Source of the DNA: Phoronis australis
Lineage: Eukaryota; Animalia; Phoronida
NCBI GenBank assembly: GCA_002633005.1
Contig: NMRA01000780.1
Span: 1 to 64,000, forward strand
Length of the DNA stretch: 64,000 nucleotides
Direction: 5' to 3'
Part shown: piece after piece, positions 39,365 to 54,300 of the stretch
Layout: every line of letters begins with the position of its first letter
Position numbering within the stretch: position 1 is the first letter of the stretch
Translations under genes and position numbers: made by a program
Notes under the pieces: generated by a model
Seen by the model: the letters and a program-made list of their open reading frames with translations, nothing else
Told to the model about the DNA's origin: nothing
Database searches by the model: none

Positions 39365-42300
39365 CTGTATAATACATTGAAATAAAACAAAAGTACAATT
39401 GAGTTTCACAAACTAACAGTTATCCGATTCTCTAAACAAAACATCTCGGAACGAAGCTAAAAGAATCCTAAACTGGGTAAAAAAAGCGTGGTTGTTTCTA
39501 GTCAGAGTCCGACGTCTCATCCACCAAAATGAATTATATTACATATCATTTTTCAAAACAACAAAATGTATGTAATCAACCTCTCCCGACAAGATTTCTT
39601 TGATGTTGATTTCCTAAAATCGTTTTGATATTGTGTTATACTGACACCGTGTCTAAGACTTCATAGTCTATTAACATCAACCTCTACCGTATGTACATAA
39701 TGGCATGACGTTTCTACAGGTATTTCTCTACCCATTTCCAAGTGTTATAACGTTCTTAGAGGGAAAAACACGAATACAGCATATGACACACTCATGGGTA
39801 ACAGTTCGGTTAAGGCTTATACTTCTGTTTGCGGCTAAATTTGGACATGGATCCGATCGGTTTTCAATCCATTACTCTCGCCATTAGGCCGTTATTTGAA
39901 ACTCTAAGCAAAATACAATGTATGCTTTACTTCAATGCCATAGGAAATGGGGGTGCCGGGGGTCGTTTCCCTCCAAAAAAATTGCAGGCATCAGGGTTAA
40001 GCCATGGCAACCGACATAGGCTTCGAGAAAGGTCGAAAAAAGAAAGACTATGAATACGGATATGAGAGAAAATTCAAGAGAACCTTTGACAACTCAGCAT
40101 CAGTGCATGATTTACCCTTTGAAGGCCCTGGCCAGGATATAAGTTAGGGCCTCCGTTTTTGCTGTATACATGTCGGTCGTCTAAACATACTTGAAAAAGG
40201 TGCACTTTATCATTCATACATATATTTCGATAAATCGAGAAAATTCGTAAAGCGAAGCTTTTGCGGAGCACATTAATTCACTGGATATATAAAATTCGAT
40301 AAGACAGTTTTGCAATTGCAAAAATTCAAAATTATATTTTCTAGAGGCCCTTCACTAGCAAAGGATAACAAAGACAACTGTCACTCTATTTTTCCTTTTG
40401 TTTTCTTTCTCTAAATTGTGTACAGTGTATCACTTGAGAAAGTTGATGGCTTGGAGATAAAAACCAATTGCTGCGCATTTCCTGACTTTTGAAGACATAG
40501 ATCTTTTCATATTTAAGAGCCCAACTCTTGAAGAGGGCTATTAATGACATTGAAATGGCCATCCTTTTCGTCTTTTGATCGGCAAACTCCTAAGGGGCCG
40601 CTCACGAAGAGAGGGCCCAATGTTGGAATCGATTATCTCTGTTTTCTTGTTTTTTGTGAAATCGTACAACCGACTTTCATGCTGAGGAAGTCACTTTTTC
40701 CAAGGTCACCCGACTATGGAATGAACTGTCACTTTTTACCAAGCTTAATGATGTGTAGCCTTTCATCAATTCCGCAAGACGGAACCCCCACTCGGTGGGG
40801 CGGTTCGGGTGTCCCTCCGTATATGTAAATCCGACACGAGGGGAAGTTGAGATTCCAAATTCATCAATAACACAGAACAACCGTACACAGTATATGAGTA
40901 TCAAAACATTCGACCCAAACAACCAAAAACGTGAAAAATACAATAGGATTGACCACCATCAAAAGGTGGAATTTTGAAGAACATGAAGATCACTATTTGT
41001 GAATTACACAAAAAGGCTACTTCCAATGGTTAGTTATAACTAATGTTATATTTTTCCAATAGTATCACTAGAATAATATTTCTTCTGGATGTCTTTACTA
41101 GGAACTGTTTGTGTTGAATTCACAAATATCGAACGAGAACACAGTGGGCCACGATTTGTGATGACTGTGTACATGCCGAACGGGGGTACTCAAAATACTC
41201 GCAATAGTAAACAAATATTTCAGCGTTGTTTTGAAATTCAAGTTAAAATCGTGAACCGTTATAAGTACCTCGGAAGTGATCAAAAATACACCTTAATATG
41301 AATGCCCAATTTCTCATGTTCCCCCGGTAACCCGTCAAAAATCTGCGATTATGCCTGCGGAAATTGCTTATAATATTCCATTTTGATAAACAAATTAGTT
41401 GGTTTTTGATTTACATGTTTATGTATCTACGAAAACAAGCAGCCGGGTTAATAAATGAGTTTTGGCAATTAGAAGCTAGTATCTTAAGAAATGATGATGT
41501 TTCAGTGAATTTAGTTTAAGCCTGAATATGGAAAAAACTCTATAATCAGATCCCCAAATAGTAAAGTGCACTTGGACGCTTCTTGCCTATCTAAAATAAC
41601 GCTCAAAGACATTGGACAATTCCCAAAAATTTACTCACAATTCAGATGACAATAATTGCATTGCTTTTTGACTTCGGTACAAGATTTGTCGTTCAAACTC
41701 ATAAACAGGGGATCAAAAAGGAATTAAGTGTCATTAAATCATGGTACACGCATTGCTCATGGATTTGATTGCTGGTTTCTGATTTATATGTACATGTTTA
41801 TGCATCCACGCAAATGAGTTGGTTGATGCATGGTTTTTAATACAGTTAGAAGCTTTCAGTATCTTGTAAGAAATGACAATGCTTCAACGAACTAAGTTGC
41901 AGGCAGACATTGGGAAAATTCGATCTGTCATCAGATCCCAAACATAAAAGTTCATTAATTCATTAATTTATCTATCTGCAATAAGTCTCAAAGATATTGA
42001 TAAATGTCGGACAGCTCCACAAAGTGTCCTAAATTTTTCTCACAATTCAAATGACAATAAATTGTTAATTGACTTAGGAAGTAGATTAGTGAGTTCACAA
42101 ACCGTAGATAGAAAAATAAGTTCGTTCAAGTACTTAAATAAATAAAATTAAACTTATTGCTCATCAACTTGGAAAGGCTTTCTTTGGACTTCGTTGATGT
42201 TGCTAGTTTCCAAAAGTTTTGCGCAATGAACTTTCTTCAAAACTGAATCATTTGCTTTCCTTTCCTGTGCATATTACTCACACGATGCACGTCATGGCTG

Positions 42301-45300
42301 ACGCACCCACCATAAAAATTAGGTGTAACCATGAAGTGGGCCTGCGCAGAATCTCAGTGATCCACGGGAGCTGAATTTGAACACCAGGCGTTGAATTTGT
42401 ACATTTTTGGGACACTCTGTATCATTTTCCCCAGTCACAAGCAACTGGACTACCGCTTGTGTTTCCTCAAGGGATTTTAAAACGGCCACAAAGGCACTCA
42501 TACCAGGGACCTCGATACCTCACATTTCAAAAAATTCCTCCAAAGAATGGCCATGATAAAATGAAGTTTTCCTGAAACTCGATCATAATAAAACGACCTT
42601 AGAGCCAGCGCAGAGGAATAGGTAGTTCATCGAATCCACTGTTGGATCCCAGCTACCCGTCAGTGCGCTGGCCCTAAAGCCATTCTTACTCGCCGTGAAA
42701 CTTCCATGGTTTACGGTTACTCAAATATTGATGGCTGCATCTCAGGTATTACCCCTCAACCCACCTGTGGCGGACTTGGGGGATCGGAACTAATATGGTG
42801 ACATCCAGAGAACAGGGGGGATAGGAAGGAGGTAGGTCGGCGAAGTCGAGTTGGTTTGTGCTCCCCCAATATTTTTGCCTACGGGTCTGTACTTATGTAC
42901 GTAATGCATAAGGAGTAGTAGCCAGTCGCCCTTGGCTCCCAGTGAGAGATATTGTTGTAGGCCTATTACTTCATGTGCATAGCTTTCTTGATATGTCTTT
43001 TAGTCGGAGTATCACAGCATGCGTGGTTAAAACAACACGGCATTTAATTCAGGCTGGACTAATAGCAAATTCAAGCAAGCTACAGTGTACAGTATGCAGG
43101 TGAATCTAAATGGCAAATGTCTGCAATATGATTGAGGAAGTTGACTAAGCCTTCGTAGGCAATAAGGAATTCGCGAATGCATAAAAGTACGCTCGAAGAA
43201 AATGGCGTACTGCCAAACAGACGACCAAAGGGTGTCAAGTTCAAACTACGCTGCCTACCAGAAAAATATAACGCACTATCCCCCACCTTGAATGTACGAG
43301 ATACTCGAACGCTGCTACACTAGTAGAAACAGCCGATCGAAACGCCGCGCTAATGTAAATAGTTGATTGGAGTAAACAGACCAAGTGACAGCAGACATAC
43401 ATTAAACGTGAAGGATTAGTCAACTCCGAAATTCGAAAATGGTCTAAAGGGAATACACGAGTGCACGGTTTGAGTACACCGTAGTAAATAACGAAAGACC
43501 AATAGGGTTATCCCGGATTATGTTTCTATTAGCAAATTCTTAAAGGTACATGTACGCTCACAGAGAGAGTTGACATAATGTTGGACTCGATTACGTCTAC
43601 ATGTATTTTCCTGTTTTTTTGTGAAATCGTGCAACCAACTTTCATATTGAAGAAGGTCACTTCCCGCACCGTCGTCTGACCACTCGACGGTGGAATGAAC
43701 TGTCACTCTTTTCCAAGCTTAATGATGTTAAGCTTTTCACAATTAAGGTGTCCCATTTCAGACGGGACCCTCTCTCGTTGGAGCAGTTCGGAGAAATGTC
43801 CTTTTGTCCCTCTATACATGTAAATCAGACACTGCCAAGTATTCACGAGGGAAGTTGTGATTCAAAGTTCATTAAAAAAGAAAAATCATTCGTGCACAGC
43901 ACAGCAGTATCACGACATTCGACCCAAACAACCAAAAATTAACGTGAAAAAATACAATAGGATTGACCGCCATCGAAAGGGAGTTAGGAATTTTAAAGAA
44001 AGTGAAGACTGCTGTTTGTTAACTACACAAAATGACTATTTCCGATGTTACTGTTTCCCATATCATCACAAGAGTAGTATCTCTTTTGAAGATGGTTACA
44101 ATGCGTTGTTTGTAAGGAATTCCCACATCTGGAAAACACTGCTGCCGAGGCTACCATTGGGGTGACCGTGTACATGTAGATGTCGAACGAGTGTACCCAA
44201 ATACTCGTAATAATAAACAAATTAAACAAATATTTCAGCGTTTTTTTTTGAGGTCAAGTTAAACTCGTGAACCCTGAAAGGTACCTCGGAAAGAGCAATG
44301 CCCAATCTCCCATTTCCCCAGGTTACCAATCAAAAATCTGCGCGCATGCCTGCGCAAATTGCTTATAATATTCCATTTTGATCAATAAACTCGTTGCCTT
44401 CTGTTTTACATGTACATGTTTATGTATCTACGAAAACCAAGAGGTTAATTGGTGATTTTTGGCAATTAGAAGCTAATCTTTTAAGAAATGATGACGATTC
44501 AGGGAATTTAGTTGAAGTCTGAGTATGGAAAAAAATATAATCCGATCACCATATAGTGAAGGGCACTTGGACGCTTTTTGCCTATCTAAAATAACTCTCA
44601 AATACATTGACGATATTAAGACACTTCCCAAAAAAATTACCAACAATTCAAATGACAAGAAATGCATTGCTTTTTGGCATCGGTACAAGATTTGTTGTTT
44701 AAGGTCACTAACAGGGGATCAAAAAGGAATTAAGTCATTAAATCTAGGTAAACGCATTGCTCATGGATTTGATTGTTACTTTCTGATTTACATATTTATG
44801 TATCTACGAACGTGGACTGCTTGAGAGATGATTTTTTGACAATTAGAAGCTAATCTTGCAAGAAATGACAATACTTCAATGAACTTAATTGCAGGCCGAC
44901 TTTGGGAAAATTCGATCTATCATCAGATCCCAAATAAAAAGTACGGTAAACAAGTTTTGTCTATCTGAAATAAGTCTCAATGAAATTGGTGAATTTCGGG
45001 CAGCTCAAAAATGTGTCCTAAATGTTCTCACAATTCAAATGACAATAATTTTTTATTGGCTTAGAAACTAGATTACTGGGTTTAAGTTTACAAACCGTAG
45101 ATCGAAAACGAAGTTTAAGTACTTAAATAAATAAAATCAAACTTATTGGTCATGAACTTGGAAATGTTGTCTTTGAACTTCCTTGAGGTTTTTGGTTTCC
45201 AGTAGTATTGCGCAATGAATTTTTTTTCTTCAAAGCTGAATCGTTGGCTTGCATTTCCCGTGCACACCGTGCACACACGGCATGCGCGCACCCAGGCTCG

Positions 45301-48300
45301 AATTTTTGAGGATGTGGACCTTTTATTAAATAAAAAAACGAATACGGGGTTCGTTAAGGGGTATGAATTGTGCACACGCCGAATCCTTCCTTTTTAGTGG
45401 ACTTTTGTTGCGTTTTTTTCGGACTTTTTTCTCTAAGTCGGACCTTTTTGCCCACTTTGACATCAAGCCCCCCGAGTCCCCCCAGGTGCGCGCATGCACG
45501 GAGCACGTCATGGCAGGCACACCCACGTTGAAAATAAGGTGTAGGACCTAACCTTGCAGTAGGCTTGCTTAGAATCTCAGTTACCCATGGCAACTGAATT
45601 TGAACTCCAGACGTTGAAGTGTGTACATTTTTGGACACACTCTGTATCATTTTCCTCAGCAACCAGAAATTGGGCTACCGGCTGTGTTCCATCAAGGGAT
45701 TCTGAAACGGCCACAAAGGCACTCATACATGTACAAGGCACATTGAGACCCGATCTTTCCAAAATTTACTTTTTAAGAATGGCCATAATAAAATGAAGTT
45801 TTCCCGAAACTGGATCATAATAAAAGGAGCCTTGACCTTCCATCCAGCTATAGTTACTGCAGGCAGCTCCCTGCTACCCGTCAGTGCGCTCGGAGCCTAG
45901 AACCATTCTCACTCTCCGTGAATCTTTGTTGGTTCACGGTTACTCAAATCCTGATGGTTGCATCCCCGGTATTACCCCCACCTATGGCTGACGTGAGTGG
46001 TGGGGTTCGGTACAAATATGGTGACATCCAGAGAACGGGGGGATTACGATAGCATGGGGGTAGGTTGGCAAAGTCAAATTGGTTTGTGGCCCCCAATAAT
46101 TTTTTCCTTCCTACGGGCCTGTATCAGGTGACATTTTGAAAAAGTGTACAGCTACAAATACCGAATCACTGACGCAATCCTCAAAAGAAAATACATAAAA
46201 GAACTAATGCTTTTTCGGTCTCAGACTGGAAATGTAGTGAAAAGTTTCTCGTCAACAGCAAACTTCATACATTTTGACAAGGCACTTGTCTGATTGTCAC
46301 TATAGACAGTTATAGGCCATTGTCCCAGCTCTCTTATCTTTCCCCTCCGTCGCTACTTTCAGGAGGCAACGGGAACTTTGCATTAAAACCATCTACAGAT
46401 GTTCAAAAGTCAATTTCAAAAAAGTTCTCAAGAATATACTTGCACGTTTACTAAACTGAGTAATAATTTTAATTTAAAAATAGCCTCAACTGGCCCCCTT
46501 GCCCAATCCCTTTAAATCCGCCACTGGATACAATTCTTGGCATGTTAGCAGTTTTGAGCTGAAACCATGAAGTTTTGAATTCACAATAGACTGGCAAGAT
46601 GTCTGGCCCTTGGTGAATTCATATCTCAGATTCTGCTAAAAATTCAGAGCTCCTGGTTTTTTCAGATATTACGAGGTCTAATGGAAAGCTACTGCAAAAA
46701 TGGATCAACATTGAGCGCAAATAGACATTCAATACTGAGAAGTGTTTAAGTTTTTGAGTTCTTCTATCACAAGCAGTGTTACAGACACTTTACGGATGTA
46801 ACAAAAATTGAAAAAGCTCTTAAAAAAGAAAAAGACCGAACTGGTGAAGAAAGCAATGTTGACCCTACTAGAAAATTAAAGAGATTGTCACTGTCAGTTC
46901 CATTTAACAGTGCTCAAAGAAACTATTATCTGTTGTCACCACAATGTATCATTTGCTACAAATCAAAGTGCATCACAGAGAACTTCACAAACAAAAGAAA
47001 ACTTGAAAACCTATCCCAGTTCCAAGCATTCACTTGTAAATAGGCCTACCTATTCTTAATGCCATTTGTGGTAAATGATCTTTAGTTTAGGCCAGGGAAA
47101 ACAAAATTACTTTGGTTGATAAATTTGCAGTATTATTCGTCCCAATTTCAAAGGTACTGGCAGTAGTTCTTTCCTACATGTGAGTGATCAGCACTGCTTT
47201 TTATGAAGTTCCAAGCCTCTTTTCAGACATTTTTTTTGTAAAATAATGGACAGTGCTTGGAATTTGAGAAATGTAAAATGGAAATATTGCTCGTATTCTG
47301 CAATTCTTTATCTTGAAAATTCAAATGATGCCCAGATTTCAGAGTCTCACATTTTGAGGATTTTTGAATTGAGAATTTTTAACTCTTTAAAGTTTTTACT
47401 CTCCCAATTATATCCTATCTATAACAGGAAGCGTTCAAAGAAATTTTAGCTCTACGGTAAATTTCACACAAAAACTATTGCCAACACGACTATTCCTCTA
47501 TTTCCAAAGACAGTATTAAGGATGATACAAATTCTTCTGTGTCTTAAATTGTTTGAAGATAACTGTACAGGGCAATCAATGCTATTAATGATGCTCATTT
47601 CTCTTAATGTTCACTTTTGCTGTGCACATTGACAAAATAAAATTTCGCTTATTGGCCATACTGTGTGCTAAAGTGAAGAGCATTTTGGTTACCTATTTCA
47701 GTAGAAAGGGTTACTGTAACAAGGCGGAAGTGTTTAGATGAAACAGTATTCAGGTTGACAAAAAGTTTTGAATCCAGGTAGGGTGCAGACTTGCAGACAT
47801 TTTTTTTAACTTTGTCATTAAAGTTGGGCTCAACATGATTTGTGTTTCCTGGTCAACTCACGGAAGGCATTGAACGTTTTGTACGCAAGCTGTACGGTGA
47901 CTCATCATCAACAGTTAACAAAGCACGCTACCACATATTCAGGTTGTAATCTGTGATGGAATCATCTCTGCCTCCTAATCATGATTGTTTCCTGTTACAT
48001 GCCAAAAGAGCAAAGTACCAGTGTGCCATTCACAAATGAGCCTCGCGACAGCATGTCAGAGCACTATCTCCAGTTGGTAATGGGTGGTTTTTGTCGCATG
48101 GTAGTCTAGAGTTCCACTGGATGACTCTGCCTTTAAACCCGGAAAATGTCATGAAAATGTAAATTATAAGTGTAAAAAGAGTAGCACAGAAATGTGCTCT
48201 TGTTTGAAGTCGGACATGCCATGTTATAAGTTGTGTGACTGTCGAGTTTGTGTAAACAGGTGTCTCAAGAAACAACTTTGTATGACAATAATGATGATAT

Positions 48301-51300
48301 GGATGACGATGGAGTGGATGAAGAAACATAATAAGTTGATGCTATGTTGTTAAATAACTTTAGATTTGTAGCCTAATGGAAAATATTGACCATATTTTAT
48401 CATGCTCGTGGCAGTCAGGACTTCATAGTGTATCGTTCCATGTGATAGTTGACAGTGAACTGCAATGTGGTTAATGACAATTAATTGTGACAGTTAATGA
48501 ACGTGATGACAGTAAATTCATTGCAGAAGCGTTGGAAATATATGTAGTTGATATGTAGGTTGTGATATCAAATCTGTATCAAGTTCCGAATATTTAACAG
48601 TATTGTTCTTTCGATAGGAGCTCAGAATATAGTAGTATGTTTTCTGGCCAACAAGAGGCGCTGCTAAAATTTATATTTTTCTCTTTTTTTGAAAAATTTT
48701 CCACCGAATGTCATAACATGTATAACTTTTTCTTGTCAAGTAACTTCAAATGAACAAACCCCAATCAAATTATCATTCAGTTTCTCTAATGTTGTTGAAT
48801 TTTGCCAAATTTTGCAAAAAGTCAACTTTTTGAGATTACATTTCTCGAAAAAGTGCAAACCAAACCTTGGGAACTTTTTTCATTTTTCAAGTATAGTACT
48901 TAATGACCTTAAAATACCAAAATTTTCTTGTCCCCAAAAAGTAGCCAGGGAAGGGATTTTCTAGGCTTCCTAGAGGCAATGGACTACGACCTATTTAACT
49001 CTTTACCTAACAATGAGACCATGTCGTAGGCTTCTTGTTGCTTAATTTCTTCGTAGCTCAAATCTTGTAAGTAGACGTCCACTTGAATTACGTTATTCCT
49101 GAAATTTAACATAGGCCTCTGTAGTGTTCAGTGGATACGTTTTGATACATCACGTCCAAACTGTACGTAATCTTGTTTATACCACAATATTAGCCTCGAA
49201 TGACAGATACAATCGTGTAATAACCCATTTTGGCGGGAAACCGATTCGAACCCGGGCCTCAACAGTTGCAAGTCGCCGACTTTTCCACTACACCACTCAG
49301 TGGCTGACGTCATCGAATGTGAAAATAGTATACTTAAATGAGCACGCGCAACAATCGCATGTTCAGCAAAGGGCATTGCACCGACAATTATACGCTATGA
49401 AAAATAAGACGTATAATTTCCATAAAAACGATATTTTAATTCAGTGAAATTTTTCTCTCGTGTTCTCTCACTTGTAAATCCCCGATCTCCAATTTGAATG
49501 CAAGTGTCGAGTGGTCGGATCCTTTGACTTGAGCATTATGGTCAGTTACTAGTGGTAACCTACTTTAGCAGACGATATATTCCCGGTCGAAGCTTAGCGT
49601 GATAAAATGTGTAGTAAGCTATAACGGTTGCTAAACCTTAATTTATAGATTCACTTTATTTCTATTTTGTTTTATTTTTCAATTGGTTTTGAGTAAAAGC
49701 ATTATTTTACAAAAATATCTCGGCTTTTCTTAAAAGGTCACGACCTCCGACCCCGGACCTCTGACATAGAAAGTAGTTACAAAGCCGAGGCGAGTCGAGA
49801 AAGGTTAGATCGATTCATGGCAATGTTTTTCGTTCAGTATGTGGTATAAATAGATTATTACATGTTCTCAGTCGTTATCCCCCGTTATCTAGAGCCCGAG
49901 TGGATTTTGGAAAATTATCACCCGAGGGGTGTTAGCCCCGAGGTTGATAATTCTACAAAATCCACAACTTCGACATGTAATAATCTATATGTACACGCCA
50001 AGTTTGGATTTCACTGCATTCACGTCAAATTGAATTTCTGGAATTTAAGGCAAGTTACGATTCACATTTTATAAATGATTTCCGAACTGTGCATAATTGC
50101 ATCTGTACAGCAAATTCTTTCCTCACTTCACTAACTGCAATGCCTTCATATAATTTGAAATTTGAAAACATTTGTCACAACACATCCAGTTGCGGTGAAA
50201 ATGCATGATTAACACTTACTTCGTGAATAAAAGACTCCTGCGTTGTCCTCCCACCTGCTGCAAAATATGAATAAAGGGAACGGAGAACTAGCGAAAGAAC
50301 TTACTGGATAAAAGAATCATCCAATGTGCCGTCTTTTTTAAACCCTTCCATCTCTTGTTGAAGTCCCTTCAATAATTCTGCAAACATTACATAATTGTTT
50401 CCTATTACCTCATCAAGCCTCGCGCTTTTGTGAACGCGTTTCAATTCGCTCTTGACGCTGCTACGCCACACTTTTCGGTTTTGGGTTCGGAAAAGATCTT
50501 GAATCCTAAAATCCAGATATTTCGTTAATGTTGGTGTTTTGCTTATCACATTTTTAAGCTGCGCTTCACTCACGCGGGCGGAACTCAGAAATGTGCTGGT
50601 TACATTATTTTCAGAAAATGCTGCCCCTTTCTTTGCCATCTCTTCTAACATGCTGTACCAGTGGACTAGAGGTCCGCTGGCCTGACGATGTAACGTTTCA
50701 AGAATGGTGTTTAGCTGCCGCATAAGGCCGTCGAAGCTCGCCAGTATGTGAAAAGAGCTTCCAGCTACTTCATCCATTTTCCAGTCTAACTTCTGTGCTG
50801 CTGAATACACTCGACTGGTGCTGTTCGCCAGGTGCATGTATGAAATATTTCCAGTAGTGTTTAAGTAGATCTGAAACTGCACTTGAAATTCTTGCCATGT
50901 TTCGAACTGTTGTGTCTTGATGATGTTTCCAGGTTGTCTAAGGGACTCCCTCGTTTCTATAACTTGACCGTTGAGTTTGTTCACTAAGTTGTCAATGATT
51001 CCTTTCTCGACCGTTAATTGCTTGTTCTTTTGATCTAAGGTTTGCTGTACCTTCGTGACTTGCAAGCCAATTGTCTGTGCAATTGAGTAAAAAATGAGCT
51101 GAGCTCTGTGGATGCTAAGTTCTTCAAAGCTACGCGGATCTAAATTTTTCAGGTTTACTACGTAACGACTGAATAACTCGTATAATTCTGACAACCCACT
51201 TTTCACCAACTTGTTTCGGTTCAGCTCTGAAAAAATGTCGGAGTACACATTGTGCATTTGGTTCTCAAATGGAAGTGATACGAGAGGACAAGAGAACGAC

Positions 51301-54300
51301 AGGTATGAAAACGACCCATTCAAAGATTTGAGTTCTTTCAAATGTTCTTGGACGTTATCAATCTGTCTGTTTATTTCAGATTCAAGCAAAATGGCACTCC
51401 ATTCTTTCGTTGATAAATCCAGTCGATTGTACGCCATGGCATAAGTAATAACGCTGTCGTAGTTTAGTGAATTTGTGATTTTATGCACAAACAGTTTCCA
51501 ACATGATTCGATGTTTGTAAATTTTCCCTCCATATCTTCAAGTATTTTCGATTGAGTTCTCAGATACAGAGTCAGTGTTTCATTCAGCCAACCGACTGTA
51601 TTTTCCAAAGAATTGAGATTTTCTTCAAGTTGTTTGCAACACGTGGGGAGTTTCAGGATTCCTTTTTCAACTCGTCTCAAGAAGTCTTTTTTTTTCTCAA
51701 CTTGCTTTTCATCCACAAGCATTGCGATTTCTCGTGCACGCATGTACTTTTTGATAATCTCGTCGGTAACCTGAAACTCGCTGCTTGACGTCAGCTGTGC
51801 CAGACTAACTTGAGGTTCAGCGATTGTGCGTCCGCACGGTAGAGGGCAGGAGTCTGAATCGTTGTTAGGTTTTTGGTTTTCCTGTTTAACTGAAACAAAG
51901 AAATATCTCTAGAGTTGCCTTTTGCGTACTGTTTAACAGCACCAATGATGAAACACAAGAAGTTGAATTTTTTAAAAAATGCTGCTAACGTCATGTCAAC
52001 GTTCCATCTAGTGTTCGTCAATTTTCATGTGATGTTATGGTGTACATTTTTCCGTATTATGATGTCACCTTGTGCAACAAAATTGCACTGGGCAAAAAGG
52101 AATGTACATTCTAAGCAAACCAACGGTTCCAATAGTAGCCAGGACAAACCGTCAAATGATTGCTCAAGATAAAATCTGGAACGTGTTCATTTCTGTAGGA
52201 AAATTCTTTAAAGTCCTTGAAATCACTATTTCATATCAAAAGACCAAAAATTCCTAGTATCAATCAATAGGCTGCAATCCGGTACTGTCTGACGACATAA
52301 TCTCGAAATACGAATATTTAGCGCTCGATGAATACTTCGTAGAATCGGGACAACCTACATGTATGACAGCAGTAGTCATCCTCCATTGTGCTTAACGAGA
52401 AAAATCGTCACATATTGCTGCTCGTTTTCCCGTGGTGGATAGCATAATAAACAATGATGAGGAGTTGTCTGTGTGGTGGTTGTAACAACTCCGTATTTGA
52501 GCATATGCTGTGGCTGTATTCATGTGCCTGTGAGACATCAGAAAAGCGCCAATATGGCACTGGTGTGAAACTTGCGTGTTGGCGGACATGATCACACGCT
52601 GGCGCTGGGTGCTTTCATACATGTACGTCACATTCATGTTCCTGGAGCTAAGAAACGTCAACTAAAGCCGTCCTTCTTCAGTTTTATCGTTTTGAGGATA
52701 TTGAATTCACGGTTGTAATATGCAGTGCTACGAAGGAAGGCTTAAGATAAAATCGTGTCCAACGATGATCGACGAACACAAAAAGCTGCAAGAACTGTTT
52801 CTCTGCAACCTGCAATATCGGAGCATGCTCACAGTGTTTGACCATGAGATTGACAGGGAGTTTGTGAATAACAGTATTGACAGTGACAATAGAGGTTTGT
52901 CCATAAAAATGAAGGAAGCTATCCGCAACAAGTGTGCTAATCCCACCATCAACAGGGAGGTTGGCACTGAATTGTATCGTACATTACATGCGCGCACCCA
53001 GCCTTTAATATGGGAGGGCTCGAATTTCTGACAAAGTTGACCTTTTGCTAACAATAAAGCGGAAGGACTAAAAAAAGGTATCACCTTCAGAACTGTGAAC
53101 TGTGCGTCTGCGCCTTTTTAGAAGACTTTTGTCTCATTTTCTAGGACGTTTTGTTTCTCTCTGAGGCTGACCTTTTTTACCCTCGTCGAGACCCCCGACC
53201 CCCCCACTGCGCATGTCCATCTGCGTAGGAAGTTCGTGTCATTGTGACGAAGTCTTCCTCCAATGGTGGACGAGCGTTAAATGAGTAAGAAATATTTTTC
53301 TTGTGTCTGAGAGTCTTTACTACAAGGTAAATGATAGTTTTAGGCACTTTACTTCTTAAAGTTCTGGTTTTGATGGTGTCCAATCCTAAAGTTAAACGTT
53401 TAAGAAAATGTGCTTCCTTGTGCAGATATTGAAATCAATGAATAATTGGTGAAGGTCTCATTTGAATCTATTTGAGAATTGATTTTCCGCAGTTAGACAA
53501 TTTTTCCCATTTTCCTTGGGTTAATTACTTATAACCTTAGCTCAACTATGTTTGAAAGGATATTGAAAGCAGTACATACATGTATCAGAAATTTCAACTA
53601 TTACTGTAAAGATAACACAGCCCTTACAAAGGACCAAGAACTTACTTTCTTTCGCCTTTTGTTTCCATAATTCAAGGAGGCTGGACAATGGACAAATTTT
53701 GACTGAAAAGCAAAAAGGAGTTTATGTGGCATTACAGCAGACATCACTGGTATAGCACTTAGCATGCTTGGGGACATTTCAGAGGAGGCAGTGGGGCCAA
53801 GTGTGACGGGCACCCGCTTTCTTTACTCCAAGTCGTGGGTTCGAGTTCCACTGGGCCACACTACTAGACCCTTGTGTCAGGTTTCTAGCTCCTCAGCTCG
53901 GTTTTGAATACACATTCAGAAGCATAACTACGTTCAGATAATTAGTGTAATGGGCCCACATTCGCAGCCTGTGTACGTCTGTTACAACGTGTACCTTACC
54001 GGTCTGCAATTATTCTTATCAGGGGACATTTCAAATTTACAAACATCTATGTAAAACCACAGTAAGTAACATCGTCGTCATGTATGGAATATCTAGAAAA
54101 CGAGACCGAAACTTCGTCATATATATGACAATTTGAATAGAATTAATATTTCATTTCTTTAAATAAACTGACCGACGAAAACAAGACCTAAACCATTATT
54201 TTATTTAGCTGACTGAAGAAAGCTAGATGTACATTTAAACTGGGTCACTCCCTATAAAATGATACAAAATTGGCTTCTGAATTTTAGTCACTGCTAATTT

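Noticed and set aside
49235-49304. Functional tRNA gene
   Set aside because: A and B boxes are present but acceptor and anticodon stems do not pair well; treated as a SINE head or pseudogene.
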